64,000 nt of DNA from an uncultured delta proteobacterium (GTDB taxonomy: Bacteria; Desulfobacterota; Desulfobacteria; Desulfobacterales; Desulfatirhabdiaceae), in NCBI GenBank assembly GCA_963789395.1, contig CAWBKP010000014.1, positions 352,001 through 416,000 of the forward strand. Direction: 5' to 3'. The notes under the pieces are model-generated. The model ran no database searches, was not told the origin of the DNA, and worked only from the letters and a program-made list of their open reading frames with translations. The first letter of the stretch is position 1; each line of letters opens with the position of its first letter. A program made the translations under genes and the position numbers. Shown one piece after another: positions 28,963 through 44,574 of this stretch.

Positions 28963-31131
28963 ATGCTCTGGATTTTAGCGTTGACCTCAATGGCCGCCTC
29001 AGGGTACAAGTCTCTAAAAAACTGCAACAATGGGATATCGCCCCTTTCAACTATTCGGCGATGCCCGGCTACCCGGCTGGTGATTATGTTGAATCGCATG
29101 ATGAAAATGGCCGTTGCCTACGGCGTGATCCTGACAGCGGTCTTTGGTTTCTGGTATGCCGTCGGCCACCCGCGATGGGTCACGGAACCGGCCCTGAGCC
29201 CGGATCACAAAATGCAGAGCGTGTCCTATGCGCCGTTTGAAAAAGACCAGTCGCCGCTGGATTTCGGCCTGAAGGGACTGACCGTTTCAGACCAGCGGAT
29301 CGATACGGACCTGGCCATTCTCTCCCGCCGATTTGACGGCATCCGCACATATTCCGTCGCCGGACTGGAAGCCGTACCGGCTTTTGCGGAAAAATACGGA
29401 CTAAAGGTCTTGCTGGGCGCCTGGGTCAGCGGTGATCCGGTTCTCACGCAGAAGGAATTGACAAAAGTCATCGAGCTTGCCCGGCGTCACCCGACCAGCG
29501 TGAGGGGGGTCGTTGTGGGAAACGAAGCCCTGCTGCGCCGCGAAGTCACAGGGCCCCAGCTTGTCGAATATATCCGCCAGATCAAGTCCGCCCTGCCCGA
29601 AATACCGGTTACCTATGCCGATGTCTGGGAGTTCTGGCTCAAACATCCGGAGGTGGCGCCGGCCACCGATTTTGTGATGATTCACATTCTGCCCTACTGG
29701 GAAGATGATCCGGTTTCCATCGATCAGTCCATGGCCCACGTACGGAAAATCCGCGAAGAGCTTGCCCGGAAAATTCCGGACAGGGAAATTGTCATCGGAG
29801 AAACCGGCTGGCCTTCGGAAGGACGCATGCGGGAAGGCGCGCTTCCCAGCCGCGTCAATCAGGCGCGGTTCATGCGCGGCTTCGTTGCCCTGGCGGATCA
29901 GCAACACTGGCAGTATAATCTGATCGAGGCATTCGATCAGCCGTGGAAACGCGCCAAGGAAGGCGCCGTGGGGGGGTATTGGGGATTGTACGACACGGAC
30001 CGGGTCGACAAAAACGTGTTTTCCGGACCGGTTTCGAATTATCCGGACTGGCTGGCGCTGTTCTGCCAGTCCGCCGGCATCATCCTGTTGACCCTGTTTA
30101 TCGCAGGGCGCCATCCCGGCATGCGCAACGTTCAATGGCTGCAATTTTCGGCGGTTGTGGCTGCAGGCGCGGTGCTGATCGTCATGCAGGGCCATCAGTT
30201 TTCGATCATCTCGCGAAACGGCTGGGAATTCCTCTGGGCAGGCATGGTTCTGGGGCAGGCAGCCATCGTCTATTTTCTGGCGCAATCCGCCATTGCCGTT
30301 GAAGCGCTGCCCAACCTCCTCAGCCTGAGCGACGCCATGGATTTGCTCCGGGGTCGATTCCGCCTTCCGGCCGGAGATTCCCATGTGAAGTCACCGGATG
30401 GCGGCCGGTTTTATCCCCCGTTTGTCCTTCGCCATCTGCTCAGGGGTGATTTCCATCACGCGTCTGGCCGTTGTCATCTTTGCCATGATTGCCGTGATGG
30501 GCCTGTTCTTTGATGCCCGCTACCGCAGCTTCAACAACTGCGGGGTTATCATTCCCGCCCTTGGCTTTGTCTGGTTCTCACGCAAAGCAGACCGGCCGGC
30601 TCGATCCGGCGGGCTGGAACGGCTCTGCGCCGTAACACTGGCCATTGCCGCTCTGGGGGTTTTCATCAAGGAAACGCCGCTGAACTGGCAGTCCGATATC
30701 TGGGTGGGCATCTGCCTCCTGCTGGCCTATCCGCTCTGGCGGCAGGGAAAATCCGGCTCGCTTCGCCCCCTGCTGTCCTGCGGCATCCTGCTGGTTGCAG
30801 CGTACGCGGTCTTGGCGGTATTGCGCTATGTCATTCTGGATTCGAACATGGTGATGAGCCTGTGTGCGGAAAATCCCGACGGGATGTATTGTCTGATCCG
30901 AACCATCATGGGAAAGCTGATGTACAACGAAGTATTCGGCCTGATGAGCCTGGTTCTGGCCGGACTTGCCATCTGGCGGAATACCGTCTGGTTATGTATG
31001 CTGGCCATGACCGCAAGCCTTGCCGGCTTTGCGTTCTACAATGTCGGCATGGCTGCAATCGCTTTTGTTCTTCCGGACTTACGCTGGCGCATAACAGACT
31101 ATCACCGGTTACAACTGCGAATCGCCCATAA
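28963..31131 (+). CDS. GH17 beta-1,3-glucanase/glucanosyltransferase with multi-TM C-terminus (NdvC-like); frameshifts near 30420 and 31070; start uncertain (28963 or 29086)
   Basis: SVSYAPF, IRTYS, VVVGNEALLR, VTYADVWEFW, HILPYWED, IGETGWPS, IEAFDQPWK; continues in the 30398 frame (FDARYRSF) and ends in the 30862 frame. Confidence 0.85.
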
Positions 31132-31165
31132 AAAAATCCGCCGGCACAATACCGCGCCGGCGGAT
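31130..31165 (-). terminator. Intrinsic terminator downstream of prpE (may act in both directions)
   Basis: atccgccggc / gccggcggat 10-bp stem with an A7 run on the left. Confidence 0.75.
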
Positions 31166-31228
31166 CTGCTTCCTGCACTGCCGCAACTTATGGAAATATC
31201 GGGGCAGGGTCTTTTTTGTTATAATTTA

Positions 31229-33133
31229 CTACTTTCTGGCTTTTGCATACCCGATGGACACCAGTGCCTCTTCCATTTCCGTCAGCGTCAGGGGGTCATC
31301 GATGGTGGCCGGCATTTTGAATTCCTTGTTGTCGGCAATTTTCTGAATCGTACCCCGCAGGATCTTCCCGGAACGGGTCTTGGGAAGCCGTTTGACCACC
31401 GTGGCTGTTTTAAACGATGCCACCGGCCCGATGCGGTCCCGGACCATCTGAACGACTTCTTTTATAATATCCGCATTGGGACGGGTTACCCCGGCCTTCA
31501 GCACGATGAATCCGACCGGAACCTGGCCTTTCAGGGCGTCTTCAACGCCTAGAACCGCGCATTCGGCCACCTGGGGATGATCCGAGAGGATTTCCTCCAT
31601 GGCGCCCGTGGAAAGTCTGTGGCCGGCGACATTGATGATATCGTCGGTCCGGGACATGACGTAGATATAGCCATCTTCATCGATAAATCCGGCATCCGCC
31701 GTCTTGTAATATCCGGGAAATTCCTCAAGATAGGACTTTACATAGCCCTCGTCATTGTTCCACAGGGTGGGCAGGGTGCCCGGCGGCAGCGGCAGTTTGA
31801 CCACCAGGGCGCCGATGTCTCCGGCCTTGACCTGCTCGTTTTCCGGATTCACGACCTGCACGTTCCATCCCGGCACCGGCTTGGTGGGCGAGCCGTACTT
31901 GACCGGATAGTGATGCAGCCCCATGCAGTTGGCGGCAATGGCCCATCCGGTCTCCGTCTGCCACCAGTGGTCGATGACCGGAACCTTGATGTTGTTTTCC
32001 GCCCATTTCAGGGTGTCGGGATCGGATCTCTCCCCTGCCAGAAACAGCGTGGCAAAGCAGGAGATGTCATAGCCCTTCATCAGTTTGGCCTCCGGATCCT
32101 CCCGTTTGATGGCCCGGAAAGCCGTTGGCGCGGTAAACAGCGCCTTTACTTTGTGCTGGGAAATCACGCGCCAGAACGCACCGGCATCCGGGGTGCCCAC
32201 AGGCTTTCCTTCATACAGGATGGTGGTGCAGCCCTTTAAGAGCGGCCCGTAAACGATATAGGAATGTCCCACGACCCAGCCCACGTCAGAGGCCGCCCAG
32301 TAAACGTCTCCGGCATCCACGTTGTAAACCGCCTTCATGGTCCATTTGAGCGCCACCATGTGGCCGCCGTTGTCGCGGACAACGCCTTTGGGAATGCCCG
32401 TGGTGCCGGAAGTATACAGAATGTACAGCGGATCGGTTGCGGCAACCGGCACGCAGTCATGGGGTTTTACTCCCTTGATGGCGGTGGCCCAGTCGATGTC
32501 GCGGCCGGCGATCAGGGATGCAGTCTCCATGGGCCGCTGAAAGATGATGCAGGTCTGCGGTTTTGAGGCGGCCATTTCAATGGCGCCGTCCAGCAGGTTT
32601 TTGTAGGGAATGACTTTTTTGATTTCAATGCCGCAGGAGGCGGACACAATCACCTTGGGTTTGGCGTCATTGATGCGGGTTGCCAGCTCGTTGGCCGCAA
32701 ATCCGCCGAAAACAACGGAATGGACCGCACCCAGCCGGGCGCAGGCCAGCATGGCCACGGCCGCTTCCGCGATCATGGGCATGTAGATCAGAACCCGGTC
32801 TCCTTTGACCACACCGCGGGCTGCCAGGGCACCGGCAAAAATGGCCACTTCATCTCTTAGCTCCGCATACGTATATTTCTTTACCGTGTCCGTGACCGGG
32901 CTGTCGAAAATCAGGGCCGTCTGATCGGCCCTGCCGTTTTCGACATGATAGTCCAGGGCATTGTAGCAGGTATTGACGATTCCGCCCGTAAACCAGCGGT
33001 AAAACGGCTTTTTCGAGTCATCCAGCACTTTATCCCATTTTTTGTACCAGTGCAGATCTTCGGCTGCTTTTGCCCAGAACACATCCGGGGTTTTTATGGA
33101 GGATTCAAACGCCTCGACATAGGGGTTACTCAT
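31229..33133 (-). CDS. prpE: Propionyl-CoA synthetase (acyl-CoA synthetase)
   Basis: YILYTSGTTGIPKG, AASDVGWVVGHSY, DHWWQTETG, LPKTRSGKILR. Confidence 0.9.
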   Translation of the reverse strand: MSNPYVEAFESSIKTPDVFWAKAAEDLHWYKKWDKVLDDSKKPFYRWFTGGIVNTCYNALDYHVENGRADQTALIFDSPVTDTVKKYTYAELRDEVAIFAGALAARGVVKGDRVLIYMPMIAEAAVAMLACARLGAVHSVVFGGFAANELATRINDAKPKVIVSASCGIEIKKVIPYKNLLDGAIEMAASKPQTCIIFQRPMETASLIAGRDIDWATAIKGVKPHDCVPVAATDPLYILYTSGTTGIPKGVVRDNGGHMVALKWTMKAVYNVDAGDVYWAASDVGWVVGHSYIVYGPLLKGCTTILYEGKPVGTPDAGAFWRVISQHKVKALFTAPTAFRAIKREDPEAKLMKGYDISCFATLFLAGERSDPDTLKWAENNIKVPVIDHWWQTETGWAIAANCMGLHHYPVKYGSPTKPVPGWNVQVVNPENEQVKAGDIGALVVKLPLPPGTLPTLWNNDEGYVKSYLEEFPGYYKTADAGFIDEDGYIYVMSRTDDIINVAGHRLSTGAMEEILSDHPQVAECAVLGVEDALKGQVPVGFIVLKAGVTRPNADIIKEVVQMVRDRIGPVASFKTATVVKRLPKTRSGKILRGTIQKIADNKEFKMPATIDDPLTLTEMEEALVSIGYAKARK

Positions 33134-33217
33134 GGTTCGTACTCCTTTCTGATCGTATCAACAGGTTAATAAAATCATTGTTATGGCGCGCAGCGATGTC
33201 TGTAAAGGAACGCAGCC

Positions 33218-34749
33218 CTATGCATTGTTCTGCATCTCCGCCCAGCGCGGCCGCTTGGTCATGAAAGCCAGAATCACGCCGACTATCAGCAGTGTGCCTG
33301 AAATATAAAAGGCATAGTTGAGGCTTCCGGTAAGGTCTTTGATGGTGCCGCCCAGTCTGGCCATGAAAAATCCAAGGCCCCAGCCGATGAATACCAGGCC
33401 GTAATTAAAGCCCAGGTTTTTGGGACCGTAAAAGTCGCCGACAAAGGACGGCATCAGGGAAAGCCCGCCGCCGTACTGCCAGTAGGCAACGCCGACAGCC
33501 AGAAACAGCAGGAAAATATTGGCGGAGCCGATGATGTAAGGAAGGGTGAACAGACACAGGGCGGAGAGCCCGCAGTTCAGACAATAGGCGTTGAGCCGTC
33601 CGATCTTATCCGAATAAAAACCGGTTCCCACGCGTCCCGCGGCATTGACCAGTCCCCCGAAAGAAACCAGCAGCCAGGCATTGGCGGCAAAGAAGGGGAT
33701 CTTGGCGCCTGTTTTGCTCAAAAGCCCGGCGGCATTTGCAATGATCAGCAGGCCGGACTGGGTGGTCAGGATGAACATGAATACCAGCGCATAAAACTGC
33801 CAGGTCTTGATCATCTCGCCGGCTTCCCAGTTATGTTTGGTTGAAGCAGCCATCTGTTTGCGGTTTGCGCAACCCGCGGCGGTGCGGGCACATACCCGGG
33901 TCCGGGAATCTTGATGAGTTGTCCGGCAATTACGACCACCGTGGCAAAGGCAATTCCCAGAATGACAAAACTCTGGGTAATGCCGAATTCTGAGATCAGG
34001 TATTTTGCCAGGGGGCCGATATAAAGGGCCGCCCCGCCGTATCCGCCGACCACCAGGCCCGCAATGAGCCCGCGGCGGTGGGGGCCGAACCATTTAAGGG
34101 CAGCCGGAGTCGGCGCTGCATAGCCGATTCCCATGCCGATACCTCCGAAAATGCCGAACCCGATGACAAGCCCCGTATAGCTTTTCATCATGCCGGCAAT
34201 GATACACCCGACGGCCAGAAAGAGCCCGCCCACGGTGGCGCCGAATTTGGGGCTGATGCGATCCTGGATTCTTCCCCCGGGGATCATCAGGAGCGCAAAG
34301 ATAATCACGCAGATCGAAAACGGCGTTGCCGTCTCTGCATTGTTCAGGAAAATCCAGCCGGCGTTTTTGCCGCTCATCGGCTCTCCGGCTCTGGTGATAA
34401 TATCGCCGGCTCGGAGACTGTCGCCTTTTTTCTCGACATCACTCAGCAGTTCATATCCTTCTTTTTGATTTGCGCCGAATTTAAGTTTCAGGGGTTCGGC
34501 CCGGGGAACCGCTTCCATTGACTTTACAACGATATTGCCGGCCATCGCTTTATCTGCATCCGTTGCCGTTGCCGCTTTTATCACCGCTGTTTTGGTTACC
34601 ACATCTCCCGCAGCCAACGTGACCTCACTGACCAGGGCCGCGCCCCACATACTCCAGGCATAGAGTATTCCCAGACAGAGATTGATCGCAGTGCCTGCAA
34701 AAGTTGTTATCCAGGCCTGTGCGGGTTCCTTTTCATAAGCATCCGACAT
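33218..34749 (-). CDS. OFA (oxalate:formate antiporter) family MFS transporter, one frameshift near 33850
   Basis: NLCLGILYAWS, GGRIQDRI, GIGYAAPTPAALKWF in the N-half; GRVGTGFYSDKIGR, GPKNLGFNYG in the C-half; start ATG 34749 after AGGAGA. Confidence 0.88.
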
Positions 34750-34864
34750 GTCTTCTCCTTTCATAAAAAAGTTTCGTTATGTGTTCAACACCCAGTGAAA
34801 AAAAGTGACGTAACCAGCTGTTTCCATCATGACCGCGTTCATAACTCCGCTTCGTCGGGTATAG

Positions 34865-34880
34865 AGCAACATGCGTGCCA
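34865..34880 (-). promoter_or_regulatory. Sigma54 (-24/-12) promoter for OFA transporter-prpE
   Basis: Minus strand TGGCACGCATGTTGCT matches TGGCAC-N5-TTGCW; adjacent to a sigma54 activator gene. Confidence 0.9.
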
Positions 34881-35065
34881 GCACCGGACCGAACGCGGTA
34901 TCCATCTTAATTAATGACAGAAATAAATAATTTTGAATGAAGAATAATGACTGAACAGAAATAATTATCAGGACAAGAATTGTCCCATTATTTGAAAAAT
35001 GCGGAATAAATGACTTTAATGCCGGGAGGTTATATCAATGGGTCAGATATTGCCCCATACAATGA

Positions 35066-36875
35066 CTACAGCAGCCCATACGCCTTCATTTTCCGGAAGA
35101 GGGTCCGGCGGTCGATACCCAGCGTCTGCGCCACCCGGCCCCGTTTCCACTGGTGGGCATGGAGGCATTGCACGATATACGCTTTTTCAGCTTCGTTAAG
35201 GGCTTGGGCCAGCGGCAAAACGGGATTGTCCCCGAATGGCGGTGTCACAGGAAGGGTTTCGGGATGTTTCGCAGCGTCCGGCGCCGGAGGCAGATCGATT
35301 TCCCGGAGCGTGACATAGCGCTGGATGACGTTTTGCAGCTCACGGACATTGCCGGGCCAGTCATGGAGCTGAAGGGAGCGCATCACCGGTTCCGGCAGGG
35401 CTGCGGCATGACCGATCGCATCCAGAAAATGGCGGGCAAGAAGGGGCAGATCTTCTTTTTCGCTGCCGTAACGGCGGCAGCAAAATAGGAATCAGATGAA
35501 TGCGGTAATAAAAATCCTGCCGCATCTTCTGGTGTGCCACCCGCTCCCGAAGATCCCGGTGGGTGGCGGCAACGATGCGGAAATCGGCTTTCACCAGTTT
35601 GTCCCCGCCCACAGGCGTGTATCCGCCGCCTTCAATGGCCCGCAGGAGCTTGACCTGAAGGCTTGGTGGAATTTCGCCCACTTCGTCCAGAAACAGGGTT
35701 CCCCCATGGGCCAGGTCCAGAAAGCCGGGTTTGTCCGTGACTGCTCCGGTAAAGGCCCCTTTTTTGTACCCGAAAAACTCGCTCTCGATAAGGGTGTCGG
35801 GTATGGCGCCGCAATTGACCGTTATAAAGGGACCCGGACCGCGATCGCTCAGTTCGTGAATGGTTTGGGCCACCAGCTCCTTGCCGGTGCCCGATTCCCC
35901 GTAAATGATCACGCCGGCGTCGGCCTGAGCGGCCTTGAGGATGGTTTCGAATACTTTCTGCATGGCGGCGCTTTTACCGATGATCCGGCCGAACCGCCCG
36001 CTGCCCTTCATGGAAGACCGCAGTCTCGTGTTTTCCTCCCGCAGGCGGACTTCCCGCTCCCGCAAGGCTTCTTCGGCTTCCTTGCGATCGGTAATGTCCA
36101 TGGCAATGGATTGGATCTTCAGAACCTGCCCGTCCGGCCCGTAGATAGGGGTATTGATTCCGTAATACCATCGCCCGTCCCGGGGGTTTCGGACTTCCCA
36201 GCGGGTGGTTTCTCCCTGAGAAACCGTTTCGTTGACGCACCAGGGACAGGAAAATGCCAGGTCAAGGAGCGCTTCATGACATGTTTCTCCCGTGGCATCC
36301 CGGCCGATATGATCCATGAGTTTCCGGTTCATGAATTCGATCCGGTGATCCCGGGTGCTGGTGTAGATGAGTCCTTCGAAGATTTCGATGATGGCGGACA
36401 GCCGGGTCTGGCTCTCCTCCAAAGCACGGGTGCGCTCCACCAGATCGGCTGTCCGGGATCGGATTTCCGCTTCCAGGTGTTCCCCGTAGCGCCGGTTTTC
36501 CACCCGCAGCCGGGCCCGTTCGAGCGCTTTTTTTGCAGTATGCTCCAGGACGGCCATATCCAGAATCGGTTTTGTGACAAAATCAAGCGCCCCCATCCTC
36601 AGGGCTTCAATGGCATCCTGTATCACGCCGGTACCGGAAACCACCAGCGTCGGCGTATCCGGAGATTCGGTCAGCACCACGGACAACACTTCCAGGCCGT
36701 CGATCCCCGGCATTCGCAAATCCACCATGACCAGATCGGGTTGCTCCCTGCGAAAAACCGCCAGACCCTCTTTGCCGTCTCCGGCCTGGCAGACGCAAAA
36801 CCCGCTGTCTTCCAGATAGGCGGCCATGCTCTCCCGAATAATCGGTTCATCGTCTATGACAAGGATTTTTTCCAT
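35066..36875 (-). CDS. Sigma54-dependent response regulator (REC-PAS-AAA+-Fis HTH), one frameshift near 35455
   Basis: ILVIDDE/VDLRMP receiver, [31 protein letters not shown] and [11 protein letters not shown] in the 35066 frame. Confidence 0.92.
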
Positions 36876-36885
36876 GGATCGGCTT

Positions 36886-39684
36886 TCAGGGTGAAACAAG
36901 ATGATAATGAGATTCCCGGCCGGGTGATGCAGCCGCTTCCGGATCTATCGGGAGCCGGATCAGGAATCGGGCGCCGTCTTCGGGACTGGAAAAAACGGAC
37001 AAGGTGCCGCCGTGATTGCTGGTGACTATAAAATAAGACACGGACAGGCCCAGACCCGTCCCGATACCCACGTCCTTTGTGGTAAAGAATGGTTCAAACA
37101 CGCGCTTACGCGTTTTCTCATCCATTCCCGGTCCATTGTCCGCCACTTCGATGCAGGCGGCATTTCCTTCACGGAACAGGCTCAGGGTGATGCGCGGCGG
37201 ATTTTTAGGCGGCTCCGATCCGGTCATGGCCTGGGCCGCGTTTCGGAGCAGGTTCAGAATCACCTGCTCGATTTCCGTCGGCGTGCAGAACACCGGCGAT
37301 AGATCATGGGTATATTCCCGGACAATTTCGATGCTGCGGAAATCGTATTTTTTCTTCAAATCATAATCGTGGGCAGCCAGGGCCACGGTCCGGTCCAGGA
37401 GCTCGGCCAGACAGGCGAAGGTTTTCCGGGATGGGCTCTTCCGGCTGAAATTGAGCATATCCCTGACAATTCTGGAGGCGCGTTCCCCGGATTCTCGAAT
37501 CCCTTCGATGAATCGGATGATCCCCCGACTTTCCAGATACTGCCTGACCCCGTCCAGCGTCACGCCGCTGTCACTTGCCGCCTGCAGGTTGGCGGGGATA
37601 TCCGGGGATATCCGGCGCAGGATATTCTGTGCGCTCTGAAGCATGCCGCCCAGAGGATTGTTGATTTCATGGGCCATGCCGGCGGCCAGTCCGCCAACGG
37701 ATACCATTTTCTCGGTCTGAACCATCATGTCTTCCATGCGAATCCTTGCGGTGACATCGTCCAGCCGGATCACGGCCCCGACCACCCCTTCCACATGGAT
37801 GGGATAAATAACGATATCGGAATACCGCAGATCCTGGTCCACCCAGTCCGGGACTTTTTCGAGTTTTTTTACGGCGTTTTCCGCCATGGCCTGACCCACC
37901 ACGGGCATTTGATTCAAGAGCCGGGGAAACAACGCGTCCGGCCGCTTCCCGATAGCCTGCTTGCGCGAAACCCCCTGAGCCCGTTCGGCTTCCTGATTCC
38001 AGAAAGCGATGCGATTGTCCTGGTCCACTCCCACCAGAATGGACGGCATGGAATCGATGATGGCCTGAAGATATTTTCGAAGCCGATGCATTTCCCGCTG
38101 GGACTGAACCGCATCGGTAATGTCGTTTCCGATACAGAGATATTCCATGACATGTCCGGAGGAATGATGGACGGCCTTCCGGGTCCAGGATATCCAGACC
38201 GACTGGCCGTTTCGGAGGATATTTTCCGTGCCGTGGTAACGGTATCCTTCCTCGGGCCCGCCGATGACATCCGGAATAGCGCCCGGCGCATCGGTTCCCC
38301 ACTTGTTATCCGGTACAATGATGCCCACAACGTTTTTGCCGATCACCTCTTCTTCGCTGTAACCGAAAAAAATCTGGGCGAATTCATTGAAAAACGTGAT
38401 CCGGCCGTAGGTGTCCATCCGCAGGATGATGCTGTTGGCGTTCTGGACCAGCTCGCGGTATTTGGCTTCGCTCTCCCGGATGGTCGCCTCGGCCTTTTGC
38501 CGGTCGCTGATTTCATTTTCCAGGTCGGTGCGGTAGGCCTCAAGACGATCCATGAATAAATTGAAGTAGCGGGACAATTGCCCGACTTCGTCCTGGCTGT
38601 GCAGGTTCATGCGAACCGAAATATCGCCCCTGGCGCCGGTGGCAAAATGCCGCATGAGTTCCTGAAGGGGGGTGGTGATCGATGCGCTGATCAGAAACGT
38701 GATCGGTGGAAAAAGCACCAGGGTCAGCATCACGGCGATCATGAAAATATCCGTAACAGTGGCCAGCGGCGCCTGGAATTCCTCCTGGTAGCTGGATGAT
38801 GCCACGATCCAGCCAAATTCCGGAATATCATTGAACAGCACGAGCTTTTCCCGGGGGGTGCTTTCGCCGGGGTTGGCCCAGGCATAGACGATTTTCCCGT
38901 TCTTGCGCCGGCAGATTTCTTCAAAATACCGACGGCCGTTGGCGTCCGTTACATTCAGAAAATTCTTGCCCTTCAACGCAGGATGAATGATCAGGGTGCC
39001 CCGGGTGTCCATAACGAATGAATAGCCGGTTTTTCCAAAGCGCAGGGAAAGAATGCTGTCCTCGAAATCATCGACATTCACCAGTTCATTGAATTCGCTG
39101 CGGTAGGAGGACACGGAAATGATCCAGTCCCAGGGCTCAAAATATGTCATATACAGGGCTTTGGGCCGCCGTTCCGGCTCTTCCGGGTTTTTCCAGTCAT
39201 ATTCCAGATACCCGTTTTTGCGATGCATTTGATCCACGATAAAGGCATGCTTGGACAAATCCTCACCGAGCAATCCTTTCTTGGGGTGAATCACGATGAC
39301 CCCGTCGCTGTTGACGCAGTAGATGTACCCGGTCTTTCCGATGGTCTGGCTCAGCAGGACTTCCTGGGCTCTGGATTTCGCCGTGGCTTCATCAAGGATT
39401 CCCCGCAGGTACTGGTCGTAAAAATAGGCCGTCACCTCGCGGTTTTTCTCCGCCACAGCCCTCAAGTGGTTTTTAATGGAGACATCCGCGGCTGTCTTGA
39501 CCATGTTGAGGATGGTGGTGGTCGAGTTCTTCAGTTCGCTTTCAATGTTTTTTTCAAGGGTTTTTCGGACAAACGCGTGGATGATGAGGCTGACAAGCGC
39601 CAGGGAAAAAACAAACACCGCCGAATAGATGATGAGCAGTTTGAATCGGATTCGAAGATCATTGAATCGGCCTAATACCCTCAT
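36886..39684 (-). CDS. Sensor histidine kinase (double Cache, HAMP, 2 PAS, HisKA, HATPase)
   Basis: Two GY...IHP Cache repeats, [19 protein letters not shown]-box, NAAQA, DNGPG, GTGLGL. Confidence 0.93.
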   Translation of the reverse strand: MRVLGRFNDLRIRFKLLIIYSAVFVFSLALVSLIIHAFVRKTLEKNIESELKNSTTTILNMVKTAADVSIKNHLRAVAEKNREVTAYFYDQYLRGILDEATAKSRAQEVLLSQTIGKTGYIYCVNSDGVIVIHPKKGLLGEDLSKHAFIVDQMHRKNGYLEYDWKNPEEPERRPKALYMTYFEPWDWIISVSSYRSEFNELVNVDDFEDSILSLRFGKTGYSFVMDTRGTLIIHPALKGKNFLNVTDANGRRYFEEICRRKNGKIVYAWANPGESTPREKLVLFNDIPEFGWIVASSSYQEEFQAPLATVTDIFMIAVMLTLVLFPPITFLISASITTPLQELMRHFATGARGDISVRMNLHSQDEVGQLSRYFNLFMDRLEAYRTDLENEISDRQKAEATIRESEAKYRELVQNANSIILRMDTYGRITFFNEFAQIFFGYSEEEVIGKNVVGIIVPDNKWGTDAPGAIPDVIGGPEEGYRYHGTENILRNGQSVWISWTRKAVHHSSGHVMEYLCIGNDITDAVQSQREMHRLRKYLQAIIDSMPSILVGVDQDNRIAFWNQEAERAQGVSRKQAIGKRPDALFPRLLNQMPVVGQAMAENAVKKLEKVPDWVDQDLRYSDIVIYPIHVEGVVGAVIRLDDVTARIRMEDMMVQTEKMVSVGGLAAGMAHEINNPLGGMLQSAQNILRRISPDIPANLQAASDSGVTLDGVRQYLESRGIIRFIEGIRESGERASRIVRDMLNFSRKSPSRKTFACLAELLDRTVALAAHDYDLKKKYDFRSIEIVREYTHDLSPVFCTPTEIEQVILNLLRNAAQAMTGSEPPKNPPRITLSLFREGNAACIEVADNGPGMDEKTRKRVFEPFFTTKDVGIGTGLGLSVSYFIVTSNHGGTLSVFSSPEDGARFLIRLPIDPEAAASPGRESHYHLVSP

Positions 39685-39724
39685 GGGCGGTTTTTCCGGG
39701 GTTTCATGTTCATTTCATGCAAAT

Positions 39725-41235
39725 TCAGGAAATACGCCGGGTGAAGCGTTCCGGTCCCGAGACGATCGGCCTGCCAACGGCCTTGGCGATGGCCCGGAGC
39801 ATGCCGCTGAAAATCATTTCGTGAAACGGAAGCAGCAGATACCAGTAAAGAATTCCCATCAATCCCCTGGGCATGAACCGGGAAAGGAGCTGAAGCTGCG
39901 TCAGGCCATTTGCCTGAGGGGTCAGCTGAATCTCCAGAATCGCATCGCCAGGGGTTTTCATTTCCGCCAGCAACGTCAATTGGTGGGGTGGATCAATTTC
40001 CAGAACCCGCCAGAAATCAAGGGCATCGCCGGTATACAGCCGGGATGCGCTGCGTCTTCCCCTGCGAAGCCCCACGCCGCCGGACAGCCGGTCCATCAGA
40101 CCGCGAACCTGCCATAAAAACGAGGCATAATACCATCCGTTTTTTCCGCCGATCCGGCTTATCGGCGCCCAGACCTGATCGATCGATGCCTTCAGGCCGA
40201 CCCTGAATCCGCACTGCATGACGGTTCCGCCGGCATACGCCGCATCCCCGCAATAGGCCCACTCCGGAGGCAGCAGCGACCCGGCATCCATCCAGCAGGT
40301 ATCCATCCGATCCTGAGTCAGGCGTTCCAGGGCCAGCTGGATGCTCTGCCGGCAGGAGAGAAGCTCCTGCGGAACGATCGTGCGGATCCGGTTTTCACCG
40401 CATACCACCGGTGTGCTGAGTCCCTGGGCCAGGGGGACGGCAATGGACGACGGCACCGGCGTGACCAGGTGGATCCAGTAAGCGCTCAGGCTCGGTGTAA
40501 AAAAAGGAACCGGAATCACCCAGCGCTTGGGAAGCCCGGCCGCCTCGGTATAAATATCCATGATCTGCCGGTAGTTCAGCACTTCGGGCCCGCCGATGTC
40601 ATAAACCTGCCCGCTGGTTTCAGGATGATCGAGGCATCCGGTCAGGTAATTCAGGACATTTCGAATGGCAATGGGCTGGCAGGGAGTGAATACCCAGCTG
40701 GGGGTGATCATGACCGGAAGACGCTCCACCAGATACCGCAGAATCTCGAACGAAGCGCTTCCTGATCCCAGAATCATGGCCGCGCGAAGGATGGTGCAGG
40801 GAACAGTGCCGGATTGGAGAATCTCGCCCACTTCGTGCCGGGATTGCAGATGCTTGCTCAAGGCAACGCTCTTGCTGTCTCCAAGCCCGCTCAAATAGAT
40901 GATGCGCTCCAGGCCGACTTCGGATGCGGCTGCAACCATATTGAGTGCGGATTTCCGGTCTGCTTCGGCAAAATGCCGCTTCTGGGCAACCATGGAATGC
41001 ACCAGATAATACGCCGCACCGCACCCGGACGCCGCTTTCTTCAGCGAATCCAGATCCAGCATATCCCCTTGAACCAGTTCCATAAGGGGATGCGCGGACC
41101 AGGGACGCGACCGGAGCTTTGCCAGGGATCTGGCAAATGCTCTGACCCTGTAGCCGGATTCCAGCATCAGGGGAATCAGGCGGCCGCCGACATAACCGGT
41201 GGCGCCGGTCACCAGCACAGGTTTTTTGAAACCAT
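39725..41235 (-). CDS. NAD(P)-binding SDR oxidoreductase with DUF2867 (YbjT-like); probable 1-base deletion just after the start
   Basis: LVTGATGYVG, YYLVHSM, GSGSASFE, DFWRV, AEMK; ATG 41235 is out of frame by one A in an A run. Confidence 0.85.
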
Positions 41236-41367
41236 TCCGCTCTCACTTTTTAAGGGACAAAAAACAATGGCCGGCGGCTTCATATTCTGAAGCCGCCGTG
41301 TCTATTGATTATGCCCTACCCGTGATGCAGGTCAAGCATTTTTTTGAAATCCGGCGCTTCCGATAAA

Positions 41368-41412
41368 TTACATATTTGTAACCACCATGGCTGGATATAC
41401 GACAATATTGTA
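41368..41412. promoter_or_regulatory. Candidate enhancer sites TACA-N4-TGTA upstream of glnD
   Basis: ttacatatttgtaa (41368-41381) and gacaatattgta (41401-41412), centres 32 bp apart. Confidence 0.5.
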
Positions 41413-41491
41413 TTTTCAGAAAATCCCATTCAAAACACCAATGTTTTTTAACTATTTGAATTTTAATGTTTATAATTTTATATTTTGGCAA

Positions 41492-41507
41492 TGGCACGCA
41501 ACTTGCT
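41492..41507 (+). promoter_or_regulatory. Sigma54 promoter for glnD-glnB-glnA
   Basis: TGGCACGCAACTTGCT. Confidence 0.9.
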
Positions 41508-41566
41508 AATATTTTTTGTCAAAACAATAACCGATTGTTCAAAATATCTCCAGGTGATTTTGGCCA

Positions 41567-44526
<2,960 letters not shown>

Positions 44527-44574
44527 GGTTAATGTTTAATCATCATCACACATTTATATTGGAGGCTTATTCGC

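Noticed and set aside
31132..31552. C-terminal extension of the 30398..31552 ORF overlapping prpE
   Set aside because: Caused by a frameshift near 31070; the natural stop at 31131 sits next to a terminator hairpin.
35496..38559. Long antisense ORFs (509 aa, 417 aa; also 44554..45960 and 8080..9267)
   Set aside because: Shadows of GC-rich real genes on the opposite strand, with no recognisable motifs.
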